Source of the DNA: Azolla caroliniana
Lineage: Eukaryota; Plantae; Polypodiophyta
DNA: 64,000 nucleotides
Direction: 5' to 3'
Assembly (NCBI GenBank): GCA_043228905.1
Contig: JBHGNT010000010.1
Span: 14,012,001 to 14,076,000, forward strand
Shown here: piece after piece, positions 12,851-27,372 of the stretch
Layout: every line of letters starts with the position of its first letter
Numbering within the stretch: the first letter of the stretch is position 1
Notes under the pieces: generated by a model
Seen by the model: only the letters and a program-made list of their open reading frames with translations
What the model was told of the DNA's origin: nothing
The model's database searches: none
Translations under genes and position numbers: made by a program

Positions 12851-13808
12851 TAACCCTCTGGAACTGGAACGGGTATGCAAACCGGAACCGGCTGGCAAGC
12901 AAAACCGGAACCGGAACCGGCAAGCAAACCGGAACCTGCCGGCAAGCAAAACCGGAACCGGCAAGCAAACCGGAACCTGCCGAAAAGCAAAACCGGAACC
13001 GGAACCGGCAAGCAAACCGGAACCACAACCGGCAACACAACCGGAACCGGCCGGCAAGCAAAACTGGAACCAAAATCGGCCAGCAAGCAAAATCGGAACC
13101 GGAACCGACCGGCAAGCAAAATGGAACCGGCTACCGGACGAGTTTGGACGCGGACGGACGAAAGATTGGATCATGCAACAAACTAAAGTAAAGTGAAGAG
13201 AACTAAAGTAAAGGCCATGTGGACGCAAGCAACTAAAGAAGGAGTGCATGGAAAAAGTAAAGGTCATGTGGACAGTCACATGCAACAAAAAGAAAAAGCT
13301 AGGCAACTAAAAGTAGAGGCCATGTAACAAAAAGTGGAAAGCCTATGATTAAGGGAGAACTCGATATTTATTCCATTTTTTTTCCTACACTAGGTCTCAC
13401 TCTCCATATTATCTAAATTTTTTTTCTTTTCTTTGGGAGCTCTCTTATCTTATCGAAGCCAAGAACCCTAATCTTCCCTACGGAAGTTATCTCTCAAGTA
13501 AACCATAATTTCTATACGGAAGCAATCTCTCAAAATCCAAAATTCCTTGTCAAAGCCATATCACTCAAGAATCATAATCTCTTATTTCCTCTAATCTATT
13601 ATTCTAATCATCTCCATAAGATAAAACTTTTGTAATCCCAATCTTGGGATTCATTGTAATCTTTCTTTCCCTTTTATTAATGAAATTTGTTAATCTTTCT
13701 CATTTCAGTTAATTCTTAGTACATAAATACACGAATTTGATATCCTCTAGACAAAGGCCCCGGGGTCTTGCCTCAACGTTCACGTATCCTTGTCGTATTT
13801 TCGCGACA
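12851..13808 (+). mobile_element. 5'-truncated gypsy-type LTR with an AACCGG/CAAGCAAAACCGG tandem array (about 12880-13135)
   Basis: Ends ...TTTTCGCGACA like the other NCGACA-ended LTRs; followed by CCGT. Confidence 0.6.
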
Positions 13809-14344
13809 CCGTTAGATTTAGGGTTAGTTACATTTCTTCTTCTTCTTCTCCCCCCCCCCCCCCCCCCCTTTGTGTTCGCTTCGGGTTTTGCTTCAGTTCG
13901 GCCTCCTGTGCAAGACCCCGCTCGGCGCGACAAGCCGAGAGCTCCCCGACGGCGGCTTGACAGCAGACGACTGTTGTAACCTACCTTGGTCCGGCACGAA
14001 GCCTGGAATGTATTCTTCCATTCATATATATACATTTGTGTCTGTCTGTGCGTATTCATGTCTCTGTTGGGGTCCGGTGTTTGTGCGGGTGTTTTTGGTG
14101 TTCCCCTTTCCTGCGTTTCCTGTGCATAAGGGTGTGAGTCGGGTCGGCCTGTGTGTGCGTGTGTGTGCTTGAGTTGGTGTCAAGCGCACGCTCCCTCTCT
14201 TTCTCTCTCTCCCTTCGGTTGCTTCCGGTGTGCTTCAGGGATGCCCCGGAAACGGTGAAGTACGACTTCCTACGCTCCGTCACTCCCTAGTCCAAGACCC
14301 CCGTGGTCCCGCCTTTCGCCACGCACGCGCGTAGCAACGCGACA
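13809..14344 (+). mobile_element. Partial gypsy LTR (right part)
   Basis: Ends CCTAGTCCAAGACCCCCGTGGTCCC...ACGCGACA, the same subterminal motif as LTRs ending at 11007, 16938 and 28195; followed by GCGT. Confidence 0.75.
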
Positions 14345-16833
14345 GCGTTCTACCAGATCTGGATCCCGCACTACACACATGTCGCAGAACCCCCTCTACG
14401 GACTATTGAAGAAGGGGCGTAGCTTTGAGTGGAGGACGGAGCACACGGAGTCGGTTCAGAGACTAAAAGAGGCGCTTACGGCAGCGCTGGCTCTCTGTAA
14501 AGCGGTTTACGACAAGGATGTTCCCATCTGCGTAACGGTGGACACCAACCCGACCGGGATCGGGTGGGTAATCAGTCAAGAGGACAAGGGCGGCGTACGA
14601 TTCCCGATCCGGTTCGGGGCGAAGGTATTGAGCGAGCGGCAACGAGGGTACGCCCAAGTTAAGTGCGAACTTTGGGGTGTCGTTTTGGCGGTCAAGGCCG
14701 ACAAGGATTATCTGATCGGGACGGAGGTGATTATCGAGACGGACTGCCTGCCGATACTCGGCATGTTTTCCGGATGTGCAACGCCGGACCTAGCAATGCT
14801 CCGGTGGATAGCATACATTAAGTCCCTGAACCCGGAGATACGACACATCTTCGGAAAGGACAACGCCATGGCCGACATGCTTTCGAGGGAAAGGTTCAAC
14901 GACGAAGATGACATGGTTTCGGAAGACGAAGAAGTCGGTGAGGACTTCTTCGGGTCGGCTAACGTAACGACGAGGAAAGGGAATACTCCGGCGCTTAAGG
15001 AATTTGACGAAAGCAGGTACAACGGGGAGTGGCTCCAAATCGGGAGGTTCCTACGGACGATGACACTGGACGCAGCATGGGCGAGAGAGGAGGCGAGCCA
15101 GATACGGAGGAAGGCGTACCGATTCTTCCTACGGGACGGGTGCATATGGAAGCACCCAAAGAAGAGAAGTGGGCATCCCACTCTGAGTAGTGGCAAAGAA
15201 AGAAGAACAGGGGAAACTACTGGTGGCATTCCACGAGAGCCCATGGGCCGGACACCGTGGAACGTGGGCCACGTTCGAGAAGCTGAAGGAGAAGTATTGG
15301 TGGCTGGGGCTATACCAGGACGTGCATCGGTTCGTAACGACTTGCGAAAGCTGTCAGGTGCACTCCGTAGTCCGACACCGGGATAAGCTACACCCAACCT
15401 ACCCGCCTACGGTCCATTTCAAGTGGATGGTGGACTTGGTGACGATGCCGATGGGGGTAGGACAGATGCGATACCTGGTGCTTGCACGGGAAGACTTAAT
15501 GAACCAGGTGGAAGGTCGTGCACTACAAAGCAAGACAACCGCGGCGGTATGCCGGTTCTTGATCGAAGAAGTAGTGTGTCGGTACGGGTGTGTCGGGAGG
15601 ATCGTGGCGGACCGGAGAGAGCTTGATGCGCAGGAGGCCGAGGATCTGTTCGATCGGCTAGGCGTCGAACTTTCCCTCACCACGGCGTACAATCCAGAGG
15701 CGAACGGAAAGGTGGAACGTGAGCATGGACCGATTGTAAAGGCGTTGGTGCGTGCATGCGGTGGGCAGGTCGGGAATTGGCCGCGACTCCTTCCTTACGC
15801 GCTATGGGCGGACCGGACTACGCATAGTTCGGTGACAGGGTTTATGCCGGCGGAGCTAATGTACGGACAAAAGCCGATCATGCCGGTGGAACGGACGGTT
15901 TCTTCGTGGGTGGCGGTAGATTGGAAGGACAAAATGAGCCGGGAGGAGTTGCTGGCGGCGCGGATTCGGCAACTCGAGCGGAGGCTGGAGGACGTGATAC
16001 AGGCGAAGGAAAGGCTACGAACAGCAAGGGAGCGGAACAAGACTTGGTTCAACTAGACGCATCGGTTGCGACCAAAGAAGATCGAGGAAGGCGACTAGGT
16101 CTTGGTATACGACAGTAGCCTCGACAATCAGCACAAGGCAGTGCGAAAGTTTGCTAGGAGATGGTTCGGGCCCTACATGGTGACGAGCGCGAACGGCAAC
16201 GGCACGTACCACCTCGCGGAACTCGACGGGACACGGTTAGCGGTGCCGGTTGCTGGAAAGCGGATCAAAGCGTTCAATAAGCGGTTCGAAGACGAGCCAG
16301 AGCCTGCGAGCGGGAGCGACAACGACGATCAGTTCGGGTCCGGCGGAGAATCGGAGAGCAACGAGTGAGGCTGGGTTTCTTCGATATCTACCTGTCTGTG
16401 GCGCATACTGGTGGATGCGCGGTTTGGTGGGGGTGGATGTCGTGAAGAAAACCGGCCATAGGCGAAATCGGAGAGAAAGCGCGTAAACCGGCCCTTACAC
16501 AGATGGACGCGTGACTTGACATTTTGTACACGAACCAGTGGGTGTAAATACTAAGCCGCACGCTGGAGAACGGAAGGTGGAGCTCTCTCTTCGACTGGGA
16601 ATCGTCACTCTCTACGGGTGTCGGGAGGTCGCTGCCTCTGCTTCGTGGACAACATTGCTCCCTTTCCCCTTTTGTTCCTTTGAGTCGTGTCACTGTCATC
16701 GGTGTTCGTGAGTAGGGTCCCCGTGTCGGGCCCGTCGCCGCTTTGTCGGTTGTAACTGTCGGAGTTTGTAATCTTTGTCATTATAGTTAAGTGTTACGTT
16801 CTATATCTCTTCTCTCGCTTCTACGTGTCGGTG

Positions 16834-16876
<43 letters not shown>

Positions 16877-16938
16877 CCTTGGTCCAAGACCCCCGTGGTC
16901 CCGCCCCTTTCTACACGTACGCGCGTAACAATGCGACA
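14345..16938 (+). mobile_element. 5'-truncated non-chromovirus gypsy element (RNase H and integrase pseudogene 14345-16368; 3' LTR 16438-16938), same clade as 27373-34687
   Basis: VTVDTNPTGIGW, IETDCLP, NAMADMLSR, GHRG..ATF..LKEKYWW, AYNPEANGKVER, WFGPY; PPT GGTGGGGGTGGA; LTR TGTCGTG...GCGACA followed by CCGC. Confidence 0.9.
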
Positions 16939-16944
16939 CCGCGG

Positions 16945-18749
16945 TGCACCACACATCATACAAATGGAGGACAACGGAGGATAAGGCGTACGAAGCACTA
17001 AAAGTGATACTGACACAAGCACCTGTAGTCCAGCCTCCAGATTGGTCTAAGCCATTCCATGTATTTGTCGTTGCCTCCAACAAAGCAATCGGCAGCGCAC
17101 TTATGCAGTTCACCGAGCCTAGCTAGTACCGGCCGGTATATTATTCTAGCCGCAAATTATCAGATGTAGAACGTAACTATTCGGCGACGGAGCGCGAAGC
17201 TCTAGGTATGATCTACAGCGTCAATAAATCTCGACATTATTTGTTAGGTAAAAAATTCACGTTTCACGTGGATCACGCCCCATTATTGTACCTCGTCGCT
17301 ATATAGTCATTAACTGGGAAACGAGCCAGATGGATGTTATTACAGGAATTTGAATTCGAGATTCAGCATCGGCCAGGGACACAACACGTAGTAGCAGATT
17401 ATCTAAGTAGGATAGATCATGGCAATGAAACAATACCCAGACACGAGGATTTTCAAGACGCCAAAAGACGACAAGAATTTCCCTGGTAGGTGGCTAATAG
17501 AAATGACGTACTTCTTGAGCACGGGACTGCCACCACTACAACTAAGAATGGATGAAAAGAAAAGGCTCGCGTTGCAGAGCCGGAATTTCGGCCTAGTTGA
17601 AGTGATGGCATCTGGCAGAGAGGTGTACAACAGGACGAGAAAAATGCGGTATTACAAGAAGCTCACTATGGTACAGCAAGGGGCCACTACGCAAAGGATG
17701 TTACGGCCCAGAAAGTGTGTTAAGCATGTATGTGGTAGCCAACTACGCAAAGGGATGCGTACATGTACTAACAAGAGTGTGACCTTTGCCAGCGAATGGG
17801 CCAATCGACAGAGCTAGCACGGATGCCCCACTAGCCAGTGCTTCTACTTGAACCTTTCCAAAAAAAGGGTCTCGATTTCGTCGGACCTTTTACCCCAGCA
17901 TCGGCCTATACGGGAAACAAATATATCGTAGTAGCCACAGATTATTGTACGAAATAGGTGGAGGCAAAAGCATTATGAGATAACACCGCGGCTTCTACGA
18001 CAAAAATTTTGTATGAGCAGATTTGGTGCCGTTTTGGCTATCTGATCGAGCTCATTAGCGATCAAGGAAGCCATTTCTTGAATATGGTCATTTCTGATCT
18101 CACGCAACATTACACCATGGTTCACAAAAAGAGTATGGTGCATTACCCTTGGACGAATGGTATAACGGAGTCGACGAACAAAACACTTCAGAATATCTTG
18201 AAAAAGATCGTCAATGACAACCGCACTAATTAGGACACGAATCTGCGCGGCACCCTATGGGCATACCGCATGAGCTTCAAGAGCAACGTCCAATCAACAC
18301 CATTCCAGCTGGCATTCAGGCTAAAAGCCGTAATGCCTATCGAGTTTTAGATACCAAGCTTACACATACAGGTCCGCGAATGGCTGTCCGAGGGCCAATC
18401 TGAGCAAATTCGGTTACAACAACTACTCGAATTAGGCGAAGCTAGGGTCCGGAGCATGGCGATCCTCGAGCACGAGCAGTGGCGGTGGAAGGCATTCGTA
18501 GACTGGCACCATGGCACCAATGAGAAACACTTTAAAGTTGGGAAAGTTGTCTTAGTTTTCCAAACAAGCATGGGACAAATGTCGGGAAAACGACGATTCC
18601 GATGGATAGGGTCGTACTGGATAATGGGAGCCGAGAACGGGACATTCGAATCAGGCACCCTTGCAGGCGATTTCTTGCGTCAAAAAGTCAACGGGTTTCG
18701 ATTGGTCTACCGAATGACCGGTAAATGGGACCCACGGGTAAATATGTAA
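16945..18749 (+). pseudogene. Gypsy RNase H and integrase, decayed
   Basis: PDWSKPFHVFV.ASNKAIGSALMQ, ERNYSATEREALGM, DFVGPF, LISDQGSHF. Confidence 0.85.
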
Positions 18750-19640
18750 CATTAATGTACTATAAACCTAGCCTTAACCGTTAGGTATGAAATGGAAAAA
18801 AAAGAAAAAAAGAAGAAAAAGGAAAAAGGACAGTCACGACTATTAAAGGGACTTCATGCATGCACACTTTCCAAGAAGAAAAGAACACACGCATCCACAC
18901 AATGATTCACAGACTCATGATCTCTAACTCACAAAAAGAAGCCAACAAGCGTTCCTCTGCACATCACAGAATACATTTCCAAGTTACTTGCTCTTCTCAC
19001 TCTCATCGCACCCCAACCTCCTTGTGCCACCACAGACGGATCAGCTTGCGATCCTTACCCCCGAGTCACTCTCCCCACGCATCTCGCCAAGACGACATGC
19101 CGATCTTTATCTCCCCGGCTCTGCGGCGATGGCTACACGAGAAGGGCTTAAAATGCTACATTCGGGTAGCAAAAGCCCCACCACACCCCGATGCACACGA
19201 AGTAGCCAAGAAACTCAATGTCGACATGATCACAACCACCAACATCAAGAAGAAGCTGGTTTATCTGGGAGCGGCAAAAGGCACTTCGAAGTCCCCCCTG
19301 CAGGTGCTCTCGAACAGTATTTCGAAGAATATTCAACCTTCGCGAAGGCCTACGGGACACGGGACATCCCGAACCCATTCTTTCAAGAAGTGGCAAAATT
19401 CTTGCTAGAAGTAGGTTGCGTACATGCCAAATCCTACGGGATGCCAAAGCAGAAAGCAGGCATCGTCATTGATACATTCGAGGAACACTCCATTGACTGG
19501 GGAGTCATTACGAGGCCAACACTAAGGGAGGGCATGCACGCGTTCCAGGCTGGGAAGAAGCTCCGCCCTATCATACAACAGTACTTGACAATACTATTCC
19601 CTCCCCGCGGCTTCCCCGCCCTGAAAACAGGCCGCCAAAC

Positions 19641-20420
19641 TATTAGGAAACAGGCCCTTCTAGATGGGAAGTCAGAAGAACAGTACCGGCCTCGGCCGAA
19701 ACCGGATGAGGAATACCCAGCTACGGAAGACCTAGTGAGAACCGGATGACGAGTACCCGGCTACGGAGAGCCGGATGTTGCAGACCCGGTGAGAACCGGA
19801 TGAGGAGTACCCAGCTTCGGAGAGCCAAATGGTGCAGACCCGGTGAGAACCGAATGAGGAGTACCCGGCTACAGAGAGTAGGATGGTGCAGACCCGGTGA
19901 GAACCGGATGAGGAGTACCCGGCTACGGAGAGCCAGATGGTGCAGACCCGGTGAGGAGTGCTCACCGGATGAAGAGACATATTCGTAAATATGTTTCTGA
20001 GAGTCCATCGTGGCTATATTTGTAAATAGCCGAAAATTCATATTAGTATAAATATGACTTAGGGCAAACTTTTAGAGGTGTGTTGTCATTCTTGTTGGCG
20101 CAAGTGATCAGAGCGCGTAACTGTGTACAGAGAGAGAGAGAGAGAGGAAGAGGTCATTGCCTCTGTTGTAACCGCCGCCTGTGGCGAAGATAGAAAGCTC
20201 GAGGTTGTTGCCTCGGTGCTTTACTTTTGTACACTGTAACATAGTGATAGTTTGCAGCCTGTGGGCTGCCGTGGTTTTTCCTGAGTTTGGGTTTTCCACG
20301 TAAACATCCTGTGTACTCTTCTCTTCTTTGTGTCGTGCATTTCGTTTCCCGTTTTCTGTGTATGATTCTAAGCTCGGTTGTGGCCGAGCGTTGTGCATAG
20401 GGGACATGTAGTTCTCGTCA
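19641..20420 (+). mobile_element. Solo LTR of the copia family of 55212-60836
   Basis: TATTAGGAAAC...CTCGTCA; TSD CAAAC (19636-19640/20421-20425); internal about 54-bp CCGGATGAGGAGTACCCGGCTACGG repeats. Confidence 0.93.
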
Positions 20421-22033
20421 CAAACATCTACCCCATAGTCAGCAAAACAAAGATTAGTTGACCTAGCAGCGACGAAATGGGAGGAAGAAGCAAACCCCCG
20501 CGAAACAAAAGCCGCCCCATCACAAGACGACCTACAAACAAACCGCGTTCACTTCGGGGAAGCACAACCAACGGCGCCCCAACACGAGCAAGATACGGGA
20601 CGCTGAAGTCCGAAACCCAAGCGTAGGAGTTTGGACAAAAAGGATGGTCACAGACTGGTTCAAGATACGACGCCACGCGTTGAAGACCCCAATCCTACAA
20701 AGGCCACTACAACACTAGAGTTGATTTCCGAGTTGCGACCAATAATAAAGAATGGCCGAAGAGCACGCCGAGCGACAGATGATTGAGTGTGCTCTGACAC
20801 AGATGGCGGAAAGTGAAGACGAAGAACCCCTAGCACGGGTAGGAAGGAAGCGAAAAGCGGGTGTTCGCCGCATAGGAATCAAACTCCCTCTGCTTAACAT
20901 GGCCTTAGTAGAGGTCCATAGGGAGTTAGTGAAAGTCACCCTGGGCGCCAAAGATATGGTGGTTAAAAATAAAAACATATGGAAAACGGTGAAAATAACC
21001 CAAGAGCAGTTACACAAACCACATGCGCGCATTACGCAGCTTGAGAACAGCGCGCCCACGACGTAACAAGCTCCGGCTCCTACCTCCCAGGCCACTGAAT
21101 TACATACCTTGCAGGAGGAGTGTTATGTACACATAACGTTGGTGAGGGTAGGTCACTAATATTTACATTAGTGAAGGGTATGTTCACTATTATTAAAAAG
21201 GGGACTAATGATTGGATAGAATGAATGATATGTGCATGCACTATCATGATTTAGACAACCAATGAATAGAGAGCCTTTTAGAAAGGCACATCTATTCAAG
21301 GGGCCTAGGAAAAGGTATAAATATGAGGCTTAGCTACCCTCATAGGGATCATCACGTCGGAAGGCTGCTGTCGTAGACACCGGTGGTGCGGGCTAGGCTT
21401 TCGTCTCGACGATCGTGTTTATCTCTTCCAAGGTATTAGTCATCCTAATATTCGGCGGTATGGGACGTCGGTGGTAGGTTGGCTATGTCTAGATCATAGC
21501 TCGGGGGTGGTCGGGTGGAACGGGTTCTTCTATCCAATCTATTTTCTTCCTTTTTACTTGATTTGGTCTATTGATTAGTAATAGACTCTTAACAGTGGTA
21601 TCAGAGCTTTTACTAACAATTTTTTTGTTGTTTTGATGTTTTTTGCGTGTGAGCGAGGGGGATCTAACAAGGCTCGTCATGCTCTTCTCAGGATCAAAAC
21701 AACACTCTAAACCCGGTATTCTTCTTTTTTGATCTCTTCTCTTTTTCTATTATGTGTTCTTTATGGTCGAATCAAATTGGTATTACGTTTTATTCTCTTT
21801 CTTTCTACCTCCTACTACACTACGATTTTACTTATTATTATGCATCGGGCCGAGCGTGTTTGCACTAATCGCACACGCTCAACTCATGGCCTTTTGCATA
21901 TTGCGATATATATCCCACTCTCTCCTCTCTTGAACTCTTACGATAATAATTATTCTTGTGCATTGGGTCGAGCGTGTTTGCTCTAATCGCACACGCTTAT
22001 CTCATGGCCGTTTTGCATATGATGTTGAGTAAA

Positions 22034-22366
22034 CCACTCTTCCCCTCTATTGAGCCATCACTTGGCCGATTCTAAGGGATGATGTGGCCTTGACGAGGTG
22101 TATGTTGCCTACCTATGCCACTCTACTCTCTATTAAGCCATCAATTGGCCGATTCTATGGGATGTTGTGGCCTTGACAAGGTATATGTAGCTTACATATG
22201 CCACTTTCCTTTTTAATTAGCCATCAATTGGCCGATTCTAAGGGATGATGTGGCCTTGACGAGGTATATGTCACTTACATATGCCACTTTCCTCTTTAAT
22301 TAGCCATTACTTGGCCGATTCTAGGGATATGTGGTGGTCTTGAGGAGGTGCATGTCAACTACCCTA
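22034..22366. repeat. 4 x about 83-bp tandem repeat in the chromovirus 5' leader
   Basis: Units start CCACT at 22034, 22118, 22201 and 22284; core TTGGCCGATTCTA.GGGATG.TGTGGCCTTGAC. Confidence 0.85.
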
Positions 22367-23344
22367 GGGTTTCGTATCTTAGGGCATGTTTGATTCCATA
22401 CACCTAATTGTTGATTATTCTAATTAAATTTTAATTTCATAAGTAGTGTTTCACTTATATGATTTTCTAGTAATTATTATTTACCCGCCCACAATTAACT
22501 CTCCTTTTTCCACTTCCTTTTCATGTATAAAGTATTTACATCGTTTATTTTAATGTAACCTTTACGTGTAGACTATTTTTTCGTATGGAGTGGCTTGTTG
22601 AACGATTTTTTTCAACGGGTCATCTAGGTTTAACTCTTATCATCAAGCCTTAGAAAACGAGTAAAACCATATGAGTTCCCTTATTGATGTTTTACTCATG
22701 GATTTGAGTATTACATCTTTGCGCACAACACCGTCATCACTTGTATCAATTTGTGGCTTATGTCACAATTGTGCAAGTTATAACAATCATATTGGGATGT
22801 ATATGTGCATACCTTGCACTTCCCATTTATTTGTGACATTGTTTTTTTCGTAGGTAACACATGGGTTCTTTTTTTTACCCTTGTTTTCGTCACTACTTAA
22901 CTCTTATGAGTAGTGCCTTATTTTATCATTTTATCATCACGTTTGCTTATTGCTCGCAAGACTAGAATATTACTTGTGAGTGCACTTGTTTTTTCACGTA
23001 ATACACTTTCTCGACCATATAATACATGATGGGTTGGCATTAATATAAGGCTATCTAGGAAATTTCATTGATGTAAGAACCATGGTTGAGCCTCAGGGAG
23101 CCGCCATGATTACTCAAGATAGAGATCCGAGAAATACATCTTAGCTATGTTTTCCCCCATGGTTTTTAAAACACCATAGTGTTACCATAGTTATCGGATC
23201 TCGAATCACATCTCATATGTCTAGAGGGGTAAAGACATGAGATACTTTCTTGGATAAAGTTCTTTCAATCAAAATTTCAAGCATTCATTTTGCTTGTGTA
23301 TTTTCTGAACCTCCTTATTTTATTGCATACCCACAGCGTGCATC

Positions 23345-26300
23345 ATGGAACAAGTTTTCAACGCAGTTGGAACGATCTCTCCAAATGAGACCTCTCAACC
23401 CCAATCCGCATCTCGCACACAAGCTGAGATCACTATTGAGCAATTGCTCACTACTACCTTGAATCAATTGGCCGAAATGAGACAGGCCAATATGGCATTG
23501 GAAAAGAAATTCCAAGAATTAACTATTGAGTCCAAGAAAGAAGGTGAACCTTCCTTCGTAGTCACGCCTTTCAAGGGAGATAAGAAAGAAAGAACCGAGG
23601 AGGCCATTAGCACTTGGCTTGGTCGTTGGGAGTCTCACTTTGAGCTTCATCCCAAGCCCGATGCAGTAAAAATTGGTTATGTCGGTCGTGAGTTAGGTGG
23701 CCGAGCTGCTGCTTGGTGACGTGGCCTAAGGACCGCAAAAAACTTACCCACAACTTGGGAAGGTTTCGTTGATGTTTTTAAGAAACAATTCTTCCAGCCA
23801 CCTTCTCAAACCGAACAAGCGCAACACTTGCTCACATTGTCTAGTAAGCCATTTACCTCTCTCGAGGATTATGTGCATCACGCTCGGACCCAGATCCAAA
23901 AATCGGGACTTACGGGTGAGAAATGGTTTGTCGCTTGTTTTTTGAATGGTATTCCCAATGGGGATTATCATTGGATTGTCCATGACAAGGACCCCACAAC
24001 TTTCGAGGAAGCCGTCAACATTGTGCTGCGATACCATAGGACTTCCAAGAAAGACCACAATAAACCTGAGTTCGCCAAAACTCCGAATGTCAAGTTCATT
24101 GGGAAACGTAAGCAATCCAGTGACACTCTTGACCGCGACTCAAAGAAACCGAACCTCTTCTGTGCATATTGCAAGAAGCGGGGCCACACAAAGGATACCT
24201 GTCGTCGTCTTGAGAGGAAGTCAATGAACACCCCTCCTCAAGACAAATCTACGAGTCACACAGGTGAGTCTTTTGATATTGTTGAAGTTCATACCAATCA
24301 CTTAAGTTTATGTGAATGCACTTTTCCTTCACATTTACTTGGACCTAATGATTTACTCCGAGCAGTCGGATATATCAATGGAACACAAGCACATTTCTTG
24401 TTTGATTCCGGTAGTTCTCACAATTTTCTTAATGATCACTTTGTGCAGCAAATGGAGCTCCACATAAACGCAAGTGATCATATCTATCAAGTTCACATGG
24501 CAAATGGAAACGTTCAATACATCAGTGGCATTGTTTGTCAACTGCCAATTCAAATAGATACTTATTTGGAGAAGCTTGACTTTCATGTTATGAAATTACA
24601 ATCCGCAGATGTCATTTTAGGATATCCTTGGTTTTTTAATAAAAACCCTTCTTTGTCCATTGATTGGGTTAATCACTCAATCACATTTGAACTTAATAAT
24701 TGTAAACATTTTATTCAATGTTCCAAACTTCCTTCTCATTCACTTGTGTCTTCTAAATCTTTAAGTGAGTATTCTAGTTCATTAATTTATTCGTGTGTAA
24801 TTGATCCTGCGGTTCAATTTTATTATTTTAATATTGACGCCACACAATTACCACATTTTGAGCAACGATTACTCGACTCTATTTTAGAGGATTTTCAAGA
24901 TGTGTTTCCTACTGAATTACCGCTTACTTTACCACCTAAACGTAATGTGGACCATCAAATTGAACTCATCCCTGGGGCTGCTCCTGTGAGCATTCCACCT
25001 TACCGACTTAGTCGATTAGAAGAGGATGAGATCGCTAAACAACTTAAGGAATACTTGAGTATGGGCCACATTAGGTATAGTAAATCACCTTGGGGTGCGC
25101 CAGTTCTATTAGTCAAGAAGAAGGAAGGTTCGTGGCGAATGTGTATCAATTATCGCCGTTTGAATAAAATGACAATTAAGAATGCATATCCATTACCTCG
25201 TGCCAATGATTTGATTGATCGTTTGCACGGGGCTCGATATTTTACGAAAATTGACTTACGAACTGGTTATCATCATATTCGCATCGCCGAGGATGATATT
25301 CCTAAAACCGTTTTTCGTACGCGCTATGGCCATTATGAGTTTTTAGTCATGCCGTTTGGGTTGACTAATGCTCCAGCCACATTCCAACAAGCGATGAATG
25401 ATGTTTTCCGAGATCAACTCGGTGATTTTGTTGTCGTCTTCTTGGATGATATTTTGATATATAGCCGTACCTTGCAAGATCATGTTCAACATGTTCGATT
25501 TGTTTTGCGAAAGTTGCGTGACAACTCTTTCTATGCAAAACATTCAAAATGTGACTTCTTCCAAAAATCTATTGTGTACCTAGGTCATTTAATTACAGAA
25601 AATGGCGTTGAAATTGAACCTTCTCGTATTGAAAAGGTTAAACTTTGGCCCATTCCTCGTAATATTCGTGAACTTAGATCATTCTTAGGGTTTGTTGGAT
25701 TTTTACGAAAATCAATTCGTAACTATTCCAAATTGACTACGCCATTAACTGACCTTTTAAAAGGTCATCCACGTAAGTCTGTCAAACCAATTTCATGGAA
25801 TGAACAACTTGACAAATCATTTGAGACACTCAAGGAGCATGTGTGTCAGGCTCCCACTCTTCTATTACCAGACCCTTCTAAGCCTTTCTCAATTGAAACC
25901 GATGCTAGTGATTATGCTATTGGTGCCATTCTTTATCAAGGTGGTCACCCTATTGCTTTTGAAAGTAAGAAGCTTGATGCTGCTCAATCTCGGTATTCGG
26001 TTCAAGAGAAAGAGTTGTTTGCGGTGATACACGCACTTAAAACATGGAGGCACTATCTCTATGGAAATAAATTTGTGGTTACAACAGACCATCAATCATT
26101 AAAGTATTTTTGTGACCAGCCCGATCTTGTTGGTCATAAAGGCCGTTGGGCTGACCTTATGCAAGATTTTGATTTTTCCATACGATATCGCAAGGGTTCT
26201 ATGAACACCGTTGCTGATGCTCTTAGTCGCATTAAAGAAGTTAACATGCTTAGCTTCACGGAAATAAAATCTGATCTTTTAGATCACCTTCGAGGGAAAT

Positions 26301-27372
26301 ACCTTGATGACAGTTATTTCTCAAAATACTGGACGAAAGCCGAATCTGGTTTAGATGCCGATACTAGCACCCTACCCTCGAAGGCGACCTTTCACATTAC
26401 AAACGGTTTGCTCTACCGTAGTGGAAAGGTCTGTGTTCCAGATTTACCAAATGTTAAACAGAAATTTTTTCATGAATGTCATGATGCACCATCTGCTGGT
26501 CATCCTGGAATACAACACACACTCGTTCTCATCTCGTGTACTTTTTTCTGGCCTAAGATGCGCTCTGACGTGCATAAATACGTAACTCAATGCTTACAAT
26601 GTCAGATTAATAAGTCGGAACGACTTAAAGCTGCTGGTCTTTTACATCCCTTAGATATTCCCAACAATAAATGGGAAAGTATCTCGATGGATTTTATTGT
26701 TAGTTTACCTCGTACACAGAGGGGTCATGATGCCATATGGGTTGTCGTTGACAGGCTAACAAAATTAGCTAGATTTATTCCTACAAAAACCACGGTAACC
26801 GCTCAACAGTTGGCTTACCAATTTGTTGATGAGTTATTTCGTTTTTATGGATTACCGATGGATATTGTTAGTGATCGAGATTCCAAGTTTACTAGTGACT
26901 TTTTGACTCAGGTCTTTAAGAAACTAGAAACTACGTTGAGCATGAGTTCCGCAGATCATCCTCAGTCTGATGGACAAACTGAACGAGTTAATCAAATTAT
27001 TGAGGACATGCTTTGAGCTTATGTAGCAAAAACCCCTTCTAAGTGGGAGCAATACCTTCCTATCTTAGAATTTGCCTATAATAGCTCTAAACATACATCC
27101 ACTGGATATAGTCCTTTTATGTTGATGTATGGTTTTCAGCCACGTGCCCCAGTTGATGTCACGATTCATCGTGATACATTAGATAGTACACGCAATTTTT
27201 TGCAAGACATGAACCAAATGTTGCATATTGCCAAAGAAAATGTCAAGACAGCTCAAGATCGTGCTCGATTTTATGCTGATCAGGATAGACGTCCTCGTGC
27301 ATTTACTATTGGTCAAAAAGTTTTTTTGCGTGTCCCGACTGATTCTACGTCATTATCTACGGGCAACTGCGC
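23345..27372 (+). pseudogene. Chromovirus gag-PR-RT-RH-IN polyprotein, single frame with TGA stops at 23717 and 27014
   Basis: CAYCKKRGHTKDTC, FLFDSGSSHNF, VMPFGLTNAP, VFLDDILI, ETDASDYAIG, ISMDFI, IVSDRD, PQSDGQTER. Confidence 0.93.

Noticed and set aside
12590-13306. 238-aa minus-strand ORF as a real gene
   Set aside because: It is a chance fusion of an LTR tandem-repeat frame to the hAT dimerisation-domain remnant.
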